This document shows, in pieces, positions 49,450 through 59,490 of a stretch of DNA of 64,000 nucleotides; position 1 is the first letter of the stretch; every line of letters starts with the position of its first letter. This DNA is from a virus. Below the pieces are notes generated by a model. It saw only the letters and a program-made list of their open reading frames with translations, was not told the DNA's origin and did no database searches. The position numbers and the translations under genes were made by a program. The stretch is taken from IMG/VR virus record IMGVR_UViG_3300025534_000004, positions 1 through 64,000 of that record; one strand, given 5' to 3'.

Positions 49450-50058
49450 ATGAACGACCTGATTGCGTTGGTGCGGGACGCCAATCCCGGTCGCCACCAC
49501 TCCAACATCTTCCGGCGCGCGGTCAAGCTGATGGAGGAGGCCGGTGAGGTCTCCGAGGCTTGGCTGAACGTCACTTCGGCCGCCAACAGCAAGGGCAAGA
49601 CGTGGGATGATGTCCGCGAGGAGATCGCGGATGTGCTCATCGTGGCCCTCGACGTGGCCCTGACGCCCCTGCCCCATGAGACGAACGCGACGGGCCTCGT
49701 CGAGGCGGTCCGGGGGCGCACGGAGGCGGCGCTGAGCGGCGTGTTCCTGTCCCGCGACCCCGCGCAGTTCGGTCGCGTCTTTGCCCATGTCGGCAAGCTG
49801 ATCGGCAAGATTATGTCCGCCATCACCGAGGCCGAGTCGTCCGAGGATGCCGACGGGCAATGGATGATGGTCCGCTACGAAACCCTATCCCTCGCGCAGG
49901 CTGCCGCCGAACTCGCCATGGTATGCCTGCCCGACCGCGTGGAGGATGACTTCACGACCCGGCGCACGGGGCTGGACAAGGAAGTCCTTCGCAAGCTGGC
50001 GAAATGGACCACGAACCGCGCCCGCCGCGTCGATGCCATAACGGAGGATGCGGTGTGA
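49450..50058 (+). CDS. MazG-like nucleotide pyrophosphohydrolase
   Basis: KLMEEAGEVSEA...EEIADVL. Confidence 0.8.
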   Translation: MNDLIALVRDANPGRHHSNIFRRAVKLMEEAGEVSEAWLNVTSAANSKGKTWDDVREEIADVLIVALDVALTPLPHETNATGLVEAVRGRTEAALSGVFLSRDPAQFGRVFAHVGKLIGKIMSAITEAESSEDADGQWMMVRYETLSLAQAAAELAMVCLPDRVEDDFTTRRTGLDKEVLRKLAKWTTNRARRVDAITEDAV

Positions 50059-50078
50059 TCAGGTGAGGGCGAAAGCCC

Positions 50079-50612
50079 TCACTCGCCGCCCTTCATCTGC
50101 GCACGGAGCCGCTTGATCAGGTCGTTCCTGTCCTCGACGATCACGGCATCCGCCTGCATCGCCTCCGGCTGCTCGCCCATCTCATGCTTGAGCTTGCGCT
50201 CCTCAAGGTCAAGCTTGCGCTTGTCGAGCGCCAGCTTCATCGCCTCAAGCTGGCGCTTGCGCTTGGTGTCCTTCGCCTCTATCGCCCGACTGTACATTGT
50301 GGCCGCCACCTCGAACATTCGGGCCGCCCGTGCGTGGTCGATGTTGAAGCCGAGGTCCACGATGTTCCGCGCGTGCTCCAAGGTCTCCTTGAACACCATG
50401 TCCATGGCGTCGGCGTGATCCTTGCCCTCCACGGTGGCAAGCTGCGTCTCGGCGGCCTGCGCCACCTCCAAGATACGCGCCAGTTCGGGGTCTGGCGTCT
50501 CCTCCCCGTCATCTCCGAGGCCCGGATCGGGGTCCTCGGGCAGCAACCCGCGCTCCCGGAGAGCTTCCTCAAGCGGCGGGAGGTTCAGCATCGTCTCAAT
50601 GCCTTGAGTCAT
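50079..50612 (-). CDS. Possible terminase small subunit-like helical protein
   Basis: DLGFN....ARMFEVA helical hairpin; coupled to the gp4-like gene. Confidence 0.45.
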   Translation of the reverse strand: MTQGIETMLNLPPLEEALRERGLLPEDPDPGLGDDGEETPDPELARILEVAQAAETQLATVEGKDHADAMDMVFKETLEHARNIVDLGFNIDHARAARMFEVAATMYSRAIEAKDTKRKRQLEAMKLALDKRKLDLEERKLKHEMGEQPEAMQADAVIVEDRNDLIKRLRAQMKGGE

Positions 50613-51049
50613 GACTTTCTCTTATATGCAAACATCTCTTGCTCATTCGCCACCCGGAATTTCCAGCCGCGTTTGGCGCAGTAGGCGATGGCCGCCTGAA
50701 ATTTCGCGGCATTGATCGCCTGCACCAGCGCGGTTTGCTTCGAGACTTTTCCGGTATACTGCGGGCACTCCTTGAGCGGTTTCACTTCAATCATTTCGCA
50801 GTGTTTTGCACCAGACCGATCAACGTAGATGACCAAGAAGTCCGGTACATACATCGACCATTGCCCCGTCAGCGGATTCTTGTAAGGAATCGAGATGGTT
50901 TCGGAACTCCACCCCAAGACCGACGGATGGGTGTCGAATAGTCTCATCATGGGAAGCTCCCATGACGAACGGTAAATGATGGGATACTTCCCGAGGTATT
51001 TCTGGGGATTTTTCGGGGTGAACTCCCCCTTCGCGGTTTTCTTCGCCAT
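50609..51049 (-). CDS. Head completion nuclease (T4 gp4-like)
   Basis: PKNPQKY.G...IIYRSSWE...W.SE...IPY...Y.PDF...EVKP. Confidence 0.92.
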   Translation of the reverse strand: MAKKTAKGEFTPKNPQKYLGKYPIIYRSSWELPMMRLFDTHPSVLGWSSETISIPYKNPLTGQWSMYVPDFLVIYVDRSGAKHCEMIEVKPLKECPQYTGKVSKQTALVQAINAAKFQAAIAYCAKRGWKFRVANEQEMFAYKRKS

Positions 51050-51058
51050 GACGCGATC

Positions 51059-52585
51059 TCACAGATAGCGTGTCGGATCGCTCGCCACCGGGTCGTAATA
51101 GACCTCATCCTCCTCCATCGGCGGCAAAGGGGTGGGCCGCTGCGACGGAATGCTCGGCGGCAGGGGCGGAAGCTCCTCCCGCGTGATCGGCGACCCGATG
51201 GAGCCCGGCACCGTCTCGACGGACGGAGGCGGCGGGGGCGCGGCCGGGAGGCTCTGCGGCGGCGCGCTGGGGGACGGGCCGGTGATCCCGAGCAGGCCAC
51301 TGTAGCCGTAGGCGGAGCCGTCCGCGCCGACCTGCGAATTGTAGCCGTACTGGGCCATGCCGGGCCGCTGCGCGTTGATCGCGCCATAAGCTTGCGGCGA
51401 AAGGGTCACACCGGAGGCGCCGGAGTACAGGCCGGTCGCGCCCATCACGGCGGAGGTCATGACGCCCTGCATGAGCGTCGCGCCGATGGTGCCGAAGCTC
51501 GTCCTGAGGCCGCCGGAGACGCTGGCGAGCGCGCCGTTTACCAAGGTGGCGCTGATGCCGCCGCGCGAGCCGCCAACCGAGATGTTGACCACCGAACCGA
51601 GCGCGGGGTTGCTGCCGACGGGATAGTAGGACGCATCCCCGAAGGTGTAATTGCCGAACAGGCCGAGCGCACCTCCGGCGGACGGACTCTGATAGCGGTA
51701 ATTGAAATCCGCTGCGGTTGCCGCCTCGCTCATCATGGCGAGGGCGCTGTTCGGGTCAAAGGCGCCTTCCAGACTGCTGCCGGAGGAAGTCACTCCACCG
51801 ACCTGAAAGAAGCTGTTCGTGGCGGCATCGACCCCGGCGGGCGTCCGGACACTCGTTGCATCATAATCGCCAATGTCGGGGGTGTTGCCGTTCAGTTTCT
51901 CGCCTTCCTGCATCTCGGCCACGCTTGCCGCATCCCCGGCGGCAATTTCGACCGTCATCGCCTCGAACACGAAGGTGGCGTTGATGGTCGAAACCTCGCC
52001 GTTGCCGTAATCCAACTCGTCCGGATCGAAGGCACTGATCCGGGGATTGACGAGCGTGTAGAGATCGTAGGTCTTGTTGTAGAAATGCAGGATTTCGATG
52101 GTCCGGAAGAAATACATCGCATCGAGCATCTCCGTCCCATCCGTCGCGGCACCGCCGCCGTTATGCGCGGTGAAGCCGTAGGCGCGAGGCCGCATCTCCG
52201 GCGTGGTCACGTCGTACGCCCAGTTCGATTCGAGCGTGCCCGGCGTGAAGTCGCCGAAATAGTGCTGCGTATAGGCCGACCACATGCGCATGGCTGCGCC
52301 ATCCGCAGTGTCGTAGAATGCCATCTTGAGCGGACCGGTCTTGTAGCCGGTATAGATGAAGCGTCGCTTGTTGTACTGGTTCAGTTCCTCGACATGCGGC
52401 TGGATCGTCGGGCGGTCGATGGAGCGCACCGCGAAGGTGAGCAGGCGGGTTTCATCCTGCATCTGCCCGGTGTTGGTGTGGAAGCGCACCAGAAACGCGT
52501 GGCGCGACTTGGGGAAGCCGCCCGAGTAGACGAACAGCTTCCCCGCCTGATCCGGGCTCTTGAACAAGGTCAAGAGATTAGCCAT
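51059..52585 (-). CDS. Tail tube-fold baseplate/tail protein
   Basis: NQYNKRR...FYD..D...W..Y...L.NP.I..F..DELDY; follows the tail tube gene. Confidence 0.7.
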   Translation of the reverse strand: MANLLTLFKSPDQAGKLFVYSGGFPKSRHAFLVRFHTNTGQMQDETRLLTFAVRSIDRPTIQPHVEELNQYNKRRFIYTGYKTGPLKMAFYDTADGAAMRMWSAYTQHYFGDFTPGTLESNWAYDVTTPEMRPRAYGFTAHNGGGAATDGTEMLDAMYFFRTIEILHFYNKTYDLYTLVNPRISAFDPDELDYGNGEVSTINATFVFEAMTVEIAAGDAASVAEMQEGEKLNGNTPDIGDYDATSVRTPAGVDAATNSFFQVGGVTSSGSSLEGAFDPNSALAMMSEAATAADFNYRYQSPSAGGALGLFGNYTFGDASYYPVGSNPALGSVVNISVGGSRGGISATLVNGALASVSGGLRTSFGTIGATLMQGVMTSAVMGATGLYSGASGVTLSPQAYGAINAQRPGMAQYGYNSQVGADGSAYGYSGLLGITGPSPSAPPQSLPAAPPPPPSVETVPGSIGSPITREELPPLPPSIPSQRPTPLPPMEEDEVYYDPVASDPTRYL

Positions 52586-52604
52586 GCCAGCCGCACCCAG
52601 CCTA

Positions 52605-53192
52605 TCAGGTGGCGAACGGTCCGATGGTCGAAGGCTGCGGCACCAGCGGCATCAGCCCGCCGGACTGCGTCGCGTTGTCGTAGCGGATGCCCATCTCGAT
52701 GGTCATCGGCTCGCCGGACGAATAGTCGAAGCTCTCGTAGTTGACCGATTCCAACATGCAGCCTTCGAGGAACCACTCCTCAAGGATGCCGTCGTCGCCG
52801 CCGTCCATGGTGTGGAGAAGCATCTGGAACTTGTAGTTCGAAGCAGCCAACATGGTGGTCTGCTGGAAGAAGTTCATCTGCTTCTGGATTTGCGCGCCGA
52901 CGAGACGGCTGACCGAGTTGGTCACGTCGTCGCGGACGGTCAGGCTGATCGACTGCCACTCCGGCTTGCCGCCGATATAGGCGGTGGAGTTGTAGGCGTG
53001 CAGGGTTACCGGGTTGAAGTTGACGTTCGGGCGGCTGACCGTCATCACCTGCTGGGTCAGAGCGATGGAGCCAGCGGCAATACCGAAATTCGTGACGATG
53101 ACGCGGAACTTGTGCTTCTGCTTGGGCTGCAAGATGCCGCCGCGACCTTCACCGCCACCCAGCGGAACGCCGAAATTCTGCAAAGTGGTCAT
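52605..53192 (-). CDS. Tail tube protein (gp19-like)
   Basis: QPK.K.KFRV, GK.EW..I.LT.RDD, E.W.LEGC....VNY...DY; TAAATA at 53224. Confidence 0.88.
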   Translation of the reverse strand: MTTLQNFGVPLGGGEGRGGILQPKQKHKFRVIVTNFGIAAGSIALTQQVMTVSRPNVNFNPVTLHAYNSTAYIGGKPEWQSISLTVRDDVTNSVSRLVGAQIQKQMNFFQQTTMLAASNYKFQMLLHTMDGGDDGILEEWFLEGCMLESVNYESFDYSSGEPMTIEMGIRYDNATQSGGLMPLVPQPSTIGPFAT

Positions 53193-53358
53193 GAAAATAG
53201 TCTCCTGAAAGGACCTCTCCCCGTATTTAGATTTTCGTGAAAAGCTCGCTGTTAATGGCGGCGATAAATACGCGCCTTGCGGCGCCGTCGGCCGCCCCGC
53301 AATCGGACCGTGCGTCGTGAGGTAAATAGGGGCGACTACGCAATCATGAGCGCCGCCC

Positions 53359-54372
53359 ATGTCCCTCCGCCGTTACCTCGACATCGTCTCCAAGCTCAAT
53401 GAAGCCCCGGACCTTGATCGGTCCCATGCGGCGCGGATGCAGCGCGCCCGCGATCTCGGCTTCGATGTGGATGATCCGCATTACCACGGCACGCCGGGCG
53501 GGGACTTCGACGAGTTCGACCCTGAGCGCACGGCGGACGAGGACCTCGCCTACGGCAAGGGCATTTACGCGACGCGCGATCCGGAGGCGGCGAGCGGCTA
53601 CTCGCGGCCCGGCTCGTCATGGGGCAATGATGGGGATGCCGATGATGCCCGGCCGACCGTGTACAAGGTCTACCTGCGGGTGCGGAATCCCTTCGACCTC
53701 GACAAGGTCTATCCCTATGCCGAGATCAAGCGCATCTTCACACACTGCTTCGACGAGCAGGAGCTTGAGGGGATCGAATTCTGGCAGGAAATCCAGCAGG
53801 AGGCGCACGACTACCCCGACCACCACGAGGAACTGTACGAGTTGCAGGAGCGCCTGCACCAGCTTGAGAATGCGGACGAGCACGAGGATGTTGATCCGGA
53901 CGACTACGAGGAAGGCACTCGCGATCCCGAGTATATCGAGGACGTGCAGCGCGCCCTTGAATATGAGAAGCAGAGCGTCCGGCGGCAGATCGAGTTCTTG
54001 GAACGGATGGATGCGAGGGAGTTGGAGGAGCACAAGCGGGCGGTCGAGACCGGCCGCAAGGCATCCGCCTACGGCCGCGACATCTACAAGGCGCTCTGGC
54101 AGAACACCCCCGACTATCACGACTGGCGGGCCGAGAGTAAGCTGTTCGGCGGCGAGACCGACACCTTCGAGTTCAAGTCTCAGGCCAATCAATGGCTTGA
54201 GGAACTCGGCTATGACGGCATCCGCCACATTGACAAGTACAATCCCGGCCGGAAAGGCAAACCACACGTGGTGACGATTGCCTTCCACCCACATCAGGTG
54301 CGGTCCGTCCACGCCAATTTCGACCCCGACAAGGCCGACAGCCCGAAGATGCACGAGGACGCCCCGCGCTGA
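53359..54372 (+). CDS. ADP-ribosyltransferase-like (ART-PolyVal-type) putative internal head protein
   Basis: YHGT...FDEFD, G.GIY.T..PE.AS.Y, VYLR..NP, GYDGI, F.P.QVRSV.A.FDP. Confidence 0.75.
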   Translation: MSLRRYLDIVSKLNEAPDLDRSHAARMQRARDLGFDVDDPHYHGTPGGDFDEFDPERTADEDLAYGKGIYATRDPEAASGYSRPGSSWGNDGDADDARPTVYKVYLRVRNPFDLDKVYPYAEIKRIFTHCFDEQELEGIEFWQEIQQEAHDYPDHHEELYELQERLHQLENADEHEDVDPDDYEEGTRDPEYIEDVQRALEYEKQSVRRQIEFLERMDARELEEHKRAVETGRKASAYGRDIYKALWQNTPDYHDWRAESKLFGGETDTFEFKSQANQWLEELGYDGIRHIDKYNPGRKGKPHVVTIAFHPHQVRSVHANFDPDKADSPKMHEDAPR

Positions 54373-54379
54373 GGGCGTC

Positions 54380-54730
54380 CTAGCGCAGGAGGAGGTCGCG
54401 GGTGACAACCTCGTCGCGCACCACCTCGAACCCCCGGCGCAGGAGCGCGTCACCGAACTCCCGGTTCTGGACGCTCTCCATATAGATCGGCCGGTTCGTC
54501 GCGGCCCGGATGCGCTTGAGCATGTCCGTGAACATGCCCTTGCGCTGCGCGTGCTCGTTGCTGATGCTGACCGACGCGATCTGCACGCAGGAAACGTAGT
54601 CATCCCCGACCAGCTTTGGCCCGATGCGGATGTAGGCGTCTAGCTCGCCGTGACTGAGCCAGCGGCGTGCCATGCCGAGGCGGTTGCCCTCGGCCTCGGT
54701 CAGCAGATCGCGGAACTTAGCATCGAACAC
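54380..54730 (-). CDS. GNAT-fold acetyltransferase-like protein
   Basis: IASVSI...AQRKG.F...ESVQN..F...L.RRGF. Confidence 0.55.
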   Translation of the reverse strand: MFDAKFRDLLTEAEGNRLGMARRWLSHGELDAYIRIGPKLVGDDYVSCVQIASVSISNEHAQRKGMFTDMLKRIRAATNRPIYMESVQNREFGDALLRRGFEVVRDEVVTRDLLLR

Positions 54731-54739
54731 GCATCCCTC

Positions 54740-55063
54740 CTACCCGAAACTCACCGTCATCGCCGCGAGGTCCTTGGCGGAAACGGTCACGATTCCGCCG
54801 TATCCGGTGCTGCGCTGATAGCGCAGCGACGGAAAGGTCGCACGCAGGTCGTCCACGAAGGGCAGTTTCTCGAAATCGGGCTCGGTTGCCTTGACCACGG
54901 CGAGACGGTCGCCGCCAATTTGCTCAAGCACGAGGTCGGCCTTCTGGATGCGTGGCGTGGACAGGTCGATTTGCGTCGCCTCGGACGGCCATTCGATCCA
55001 TGGGAGCACGACGACCCGTTCGCGCAGGTCCGCGATGGTCAGGGGTGCAGGGGTGTTCTTCAT
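54740..55063 (-). CDS. Hypothetical protein
   Basis: 107-aa ORF with AGGA RBS. Confidence 0.6.
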   Translation of the reverse strand: MKNTPAPLTIADLRERVVVLPWIEWPSEATQIDLSTPRIQKADLVLEQIGGDRLAVVKATEPDFEKLPFVDDLRATFPSLRYQRSTGYGGIVTVSAKDLAAMTVSFG

Positions 55064-55571
55064 AATCCGGTCCTGAAATGTGTTGCGGGCTCGCGGCCCA
55101 CCAAGCTATCGCGCCAAACCCGGTCCTCGTCAACCGGCTTTTGCCGAAACCGGGCAGGAAAAGAACAGGCGCAGGACCACCTCGTCGCGGTCATCCGCCG
55201 CGACGCGTTCGCGCCGTTGGAATGAGCCCTCTACGTACCCGAGGGATCGCAGCGATGGCAGCATCTCCCGCAGGGAGGGCGGTCTAGTAGGGGTCGGTGG
55301 TGATGCTCCCCGTGCAGCGCGGTTCTTCACGGCGCGGAAGATGCCCTGCGCCTCTTGGCACAGGATCAGATCGGCCATGCAAGCCTGCCGATAGGGCAGA
55401 CGGTCGAACCACCACCGGTCAGGTTGGTCGCTTCCGGGCTCGCTTCGGGGAATATTGCCCAGACGCGCCCGGAAAGCTCGACGGCATTGAGCGTCGAAAC
55501 ACCCTGCTGAAATGCGGAACGCGGCACCGTATATCACGGTGCCGCGCATCGATCCATCCGGAATGTTCCAG

Positions 55572-56198
55572 TCAGGTACGCCGAAGGCCGAGCGGTCGCC
55601 GCTCCACCTGCACGGCACTACTCCGCTCCTGCGCCCCGCCCTGCGGCACCGGAGTGATCTCCTTGCGCAGGATGAGGTCCTTGACATCGGCCAGATCGAC
55701 GAAGCGGTCCGCCGCCCGGCGGAGATCGTCGGAAATGGCCGGGGGATCGACTTTCAGCGAGGAGACTACGGTCACCTTCGCGCCCTTCCGCTGCGCCGCA
55801 TCCACCGCGTAGGACAGGTCGCCCTCGCCGGAGAACAGAAGGATGTGCTCAGCGTGCTCGGCCGCGTTCACGAGTTCCGTGGCGATCTCGACGGCCATGT
55901 TGCCCTTGGTGCGGCGGCGGCCACCGGGATCGATGAACTCACGCAGCGGCTTGGTTATCGTTCTGAAACCGTTATAGCCAAGCCAGTCCACCAGCGGCTT
56001 GACCGGCGAATGATCGTCAGGGTTGTCGGTGATGGCGGTAAAATAATAGATGCGATGCAGATCGCATACCTCATCGAAATGATCGCGGAATTTCTTGTAG
56101 TCCACCTCGTAGCCCAGCGACCGTGTCGTCGCATAGAAGCTCGGCCCATCGATCAGCACATCAACGCGCTGACCCGGATTGACGCCGAAATCCTTCAT
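55572..56198 (-). CDS. NYN-domain (LabA/DUF88, PIN-fold) protein
   Basis: LIDG, DYK, YYFTA, PLVDWL.YNG, TKP.REF, KGNM, LFSG.GD, LRR.AD.FVDL. Confidence 0.9.
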   Translation of the reverse strand: MKDFGVNPGQRVDVLIDGPSFYATTRSLGYEVDYKKFRDHFDEVCDLHRIYYFTAITDNPDDHSPVKPLVDWLGYNGFRTITKPLREFIDPGGRRRTKGNMAVEIATELVNAAEHAEHILLFSGEGDLSYAVDAAQRKGAKVTVVSSLKVDPPAISDDLRRAADRFVDLADVKDLILRKEITPVPQGGAQERSSAVQVERRPLGLRRT

Positions 56199-56374
56199 CG
56201 GAAACCCTTTCTGAGGTAGCTTCGTTACCGACCTTTAAGCCCGGCAAGGCAGGCTTAGCCCCCGAAGTGGTTCCGGTCAATGAAAAACTATTGCAATCCG
56301 ATTTTGTTTGTGCTTGCCGCCACTATTTCGGGAATGCGGGCCTCCGGCAGCCCTGATCGGGCAGGCCGAAAAGG

Positions 56375-56402
56375 AAAGGGCCGCACCGGGTGCGGCCCTT
56401 TT
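56375..56402 (-). terminator. Terminator after the tail sheath gene
   Basis: AAAGGGCCGCACC/GGTGCGGCCCTTT inverted repeat. Confidence 0.75.
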
Positions 56403-56410
56403 CCATCGGA

Positions 56411-59305
56411 TCAGCCCTCCTGCGTCAGCAGCGGGGCGCTGGTGTTCATGATTCGGACCGGGATGTAAATGAACTCCACGGCCTTGAGCGGCTTGATGAG
56501 AACATCGATCCACAACTCGTTCCGGTCGATGCGATCCGGCGTGTTGTTGGTCTCGTCGCACAGAACCGCGTAGTCGCTGAGCGCGCGGAGGCCGACCAGC
56601 GTGTTGAAGAACCGCTCGACGGTGTTCTGCGCCGTCTTGCGGGTCTGCTGGTCGTTCGGCTCGAACAGGAACGGCTTGACCGCAATATCGAGGTTGTACT
56701 TGACATAGTTGGCAAGCCGGGCGACATTGATCCGGTCAAGCGCGCTGTCGAGCGGGGCCAGCGTTTTCTGGCCGTACACGACCAGACCCTTGCCGGGGAT
56801 GTAAGCAATCGGGTTGATCTTGTTCTCATATAGCGTGTCGCGCTGACCCTGATTCAGGATCACCGGCTGGAACTCGCCCTCGTCCGTCAGGTAGCCGACG
56901 CTGGTGACGTTCGTCACGAGACCGCGCTGGAAGCCCGCCGGGGCGAACCACGGGTACGAGACGCTGTCGTTGTAGGCCATCGTGCGGAGCGCGATGGTCG
57001 AGGGCGGCACCATGATCTCGGAGCCGTCCACATTGGTGCCGAGACCCCACGGGTAGTAGATGCCCGTGTAGACGTTGGAGGAGGTCAGGCCGTCCTCGCC
57101 GTTCGACGCCGCCATCTTGGCGTTTTTCGCCCAGTTCTGGATATCGGTCGCGTTCGGCTTGAGGCGGATCGGCGTGTCACCGATGACGAAGGACACCTCC
57201 TTCTGGTCGGTGTTCAGCGTCACCATCTCGTCGATAAGCTCCGGATAGCCCGGCGCGGCAATCAGGTTGAAGTGGACCAGTTCCGAGCGGATATCCTCGT
57301 TCGAGGACAGCGCGGCAGCCATCGAGCGGACCACCATGGCGCGCTGCGCCTTGCGGCCCATGTACGGCGAGCCGTCCGCCTTGTTGCCGGAAGCCGTCAC
57401 CCAGCGCCCGCCACGCGGCGAGCCGTCCGCAGCCGCCAGCGGCGGGAACTGATAGCCCGGATCGCCGACCGTGTAGCCCTCAAGGGTGAAATCGGTCTCC
57501 GGATCGAAGCCGCCGTGCTCGAAGTAATGCGGGCGCCACTCCTTGACGTTCTGCGTCGAGTACCGGGTGTTGAACAGGAGCATCCCGGCCGGGTACATGC
57601 GGGCGTCCGGAGCGTCGGGATCGACGAAATCCGACAGGGCCATGTCGGCGCCAGCCGTCGAGTTGTAGGTGTACTCGCCCGGATTCGGCTGGCCTTCGAA
57701 CGGCACACCGGAATCCTGACGCGCATCGGCGAACACGATACCGAACGGGGTGGTCTGGTCCGTGTTGTCCACGCGGCGCCAGCGACGCGCCGCCGCATCG
57801 AAGCGGTAGATCGCCGGATAGTTCTCCATGTCGGAGGAATCAATCCAGAGGTCGTCGTCAACCAGCGCCTTGCCGTCGCTTTGCGTCGTCGGGGCGGACG
57901 CGGCGATCTGCGGGCCGTTCACGTCGGTCATCGGGTAGGCGCGGCGGTAGGCGATCCAGTTCTTGCCGTCGCTCACCATGATGTCGGCGCGGAAGTCCGC
58001 ATTGTACCAAAGGGTGCCTTCGGCCGGATCGGTCGTCGGCGCCAGCATCTCCGCCTCGTAGGTCAGAAGCTCCCAATGGCTGCCGTTGAAGCGGCGAAGC
58101 TCCTGCACGCCCGTGTCCGCGTCGTAGCCGACATAGACCGTGCCCGTGGCCGGAACGCCGAGGCCGTGCAGCGCAGCCTCATCCTTGCCGGAGGCGCCGT
58201 CGTCGAGCAGGCTGTTGAACGGGAAGAACGGAGCCGTCAGGCTGATCCAACGGCTGCCATCCCAGTACCGGACCGCCCAGTTCGCGCCCTTGTTCGCGGG
58301 CGTGCCCTTCACCCACACGTCGCCCTGAACCGAGCCGGACGGATACTGCGCGTCGGAGGTGCGGAACACGCGGTTGCCCCGCACGACGCCGCCGCTGACG
58401 TTCAGGCCGAGGGTCTTGAGCGGCTCGCCGTTGCCATTGGCAATGGTGAGATCGTGGCCGGTGACTTCCTTGATCACCAGCGCGTCGTTGCCGATCTCGG
58501 CAATGACGTTCGGAATCCCGGCGCCATTGATGGTCGCTACGACATTTTCGAGCGTACCCGCGTTGAAGGTCACCGGTACGCCATTGATGACAATGATGTC
58601 GCCGTCGGTGAGCGAGGGCGGGTTGACCGCGCCACGAATGGTGGTCGGACGCTTGGCGAGCCATTCGGCGCTGCCGATCCGATACCACCGCCCGCTGATC
58701 TTCTCGTAGATGAAGTTGCTGGCGGTCATCGGGACGACGGCGAAGTCACCATCGGTGCCGAAGCTGTCGAGCGGCACGTAGTCGGTGTCGATGTCGGCCA
58801 GCATCGCAACCTTGACCGGCTGCGAGACCCACGCCGAGCCGGGATTCTGCTGGCCGTTCGACTGGAAAACACCCCACTGCGTGGTGTGCAGGTCAAGCCA
58901 GTAGGTGCCGGAGATGGGCTGGCCGCGCGGCGGCTCGACCGACGCCTCAAGCTGCGCGAGGTCGATGTCAGCGCGCAGAACGTAGCAGCGGTTCTGGATG
59001 CCGAGGAAGGAGTATGCGGCGTGGAGGCCGTACTCGTTCAACTCGTGCCCGTGAATCGGGGTGCCCTGAAAGCTGTAGAACTTCGGATTGCCGTAGCTCT
59101 GGACAAGCTCGCGCTGGCTGGTGGCGAGGAGCAGCTTTCCCGACATCGCGGACGTGGTGAAGGCCGCGACGCCGGTACCAGAGGGATTGGCCTTGTTAGC
59201 GGCAGTGGCGATAACGATGAGAGGCACGGTGCCCTGAGCGGCACCCGTGTAGAAACTCTCGTCGATGATCTGCACGTCCACGCCCGGAGAGACGAGTGTG
59301 CTCAT
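56411..59305 (-). CDS. Tail sheath protein (gp18-like)
   Basis: LVSPGV..Q.IDES, YPWFAPAG..RG, RDTLY..KINPI, GQKT, DRINVARL, FEPND, CDETNNTP.RIDRNE. Confidence 0.97.
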   Translation of the reverse strand: MSTLVSPGVDVQIIDESFYTGAAQGTVPLIVIATAANKANPSGTGVAAFTTSAMSGKLLLATSQRELVQSYGNPKFYSFQGTPIHGHELNEYGLHAAYSFLGIQNRCYVLRADIDLAQLEASVEPPRGQPISGTYWLDLHTTQWGVFQSNGQQNPGSAWVSQPVKVAMLADIDTDYVPLDSFGTDGDFAVVPMTASNFIYEKISGRWYRIGSAEWLAKRPTTIRGAVNPPSLTDGDIIVINGVPVTFNAGTLENVVATINGAGIPNVIAEIGNDALVIKEVTGHDLTIANGNGEPLKTLGLNVSGGVVRGNRVFRTSDAQYPSGSVQGDVWVKGTPANKGANWAVRYWDGSRWISLTAPFFPFNSLLDDGASGKDEAALHGLGVPATGTVYVGYDADTGVQELRRFNGSHWELLTYEAEMLAPTTDPAEGTLWYNADFRADIMVSDGKNWIAYRRAYPMTDVNGPQIAASAPTTQSDGKALVDDDLWIDSSDMENYPAIYRFDAAARRWRRVDNTDQTTPFGIVFADARQDSGVPFEGQPNPGEYTYNSTAGADMALSDFVDPDAPDARMYPAGMLLFNTRYSTQNVKEWRPHYFEHGGFDPETDFTLEGYTVGDPGYQFPPLAAADGSPRGGRWVTASGNKADGSPYMGRKAQRAMVVRSMAAALSSNEDIRSELVHFNLIAAPGYPELIDEMVTLNTDQKEVSFVIGDTPIRLKPNATDIQNWAKNAKMAASNGEDGLTSSNVYTGIYYPWGLGTNVDGSEIMVPPSTIALRTMAYNDSVSYPWFAPAGFQRGLVTNVTSVGYLTDEGEFQPVILNQGQRDTLYENKINPIAYIPGKGLVVYGQKTLAPLDSALDRINVARLANYVKYNLDIAVKPFLFEPNDQQTRKTAQNTVERFFNTLVGLRALSDYAVLCDETNNTPDRIDRNELWIDVLIKPLKAVEFIYIPVRIMNTSAPLLTQEG

Positions 59306-59490
59306 TCTGAAATAGCCTCCGAGAAAAATAGCTTTGTTCGGCTATTTAGTCGGAGGCACCTCGCGGACTGCCTGTACGTAACTCCGCGCTTGGCTTTCCA
59401 ATGCGTACGAAAAAGCGCGGCACCAATCGGTGCCGCGCTTCGCTTTGTGCCGGGCAGCCTTCTTGTGAAGGCCGCGAGAAGCGGCGATGT

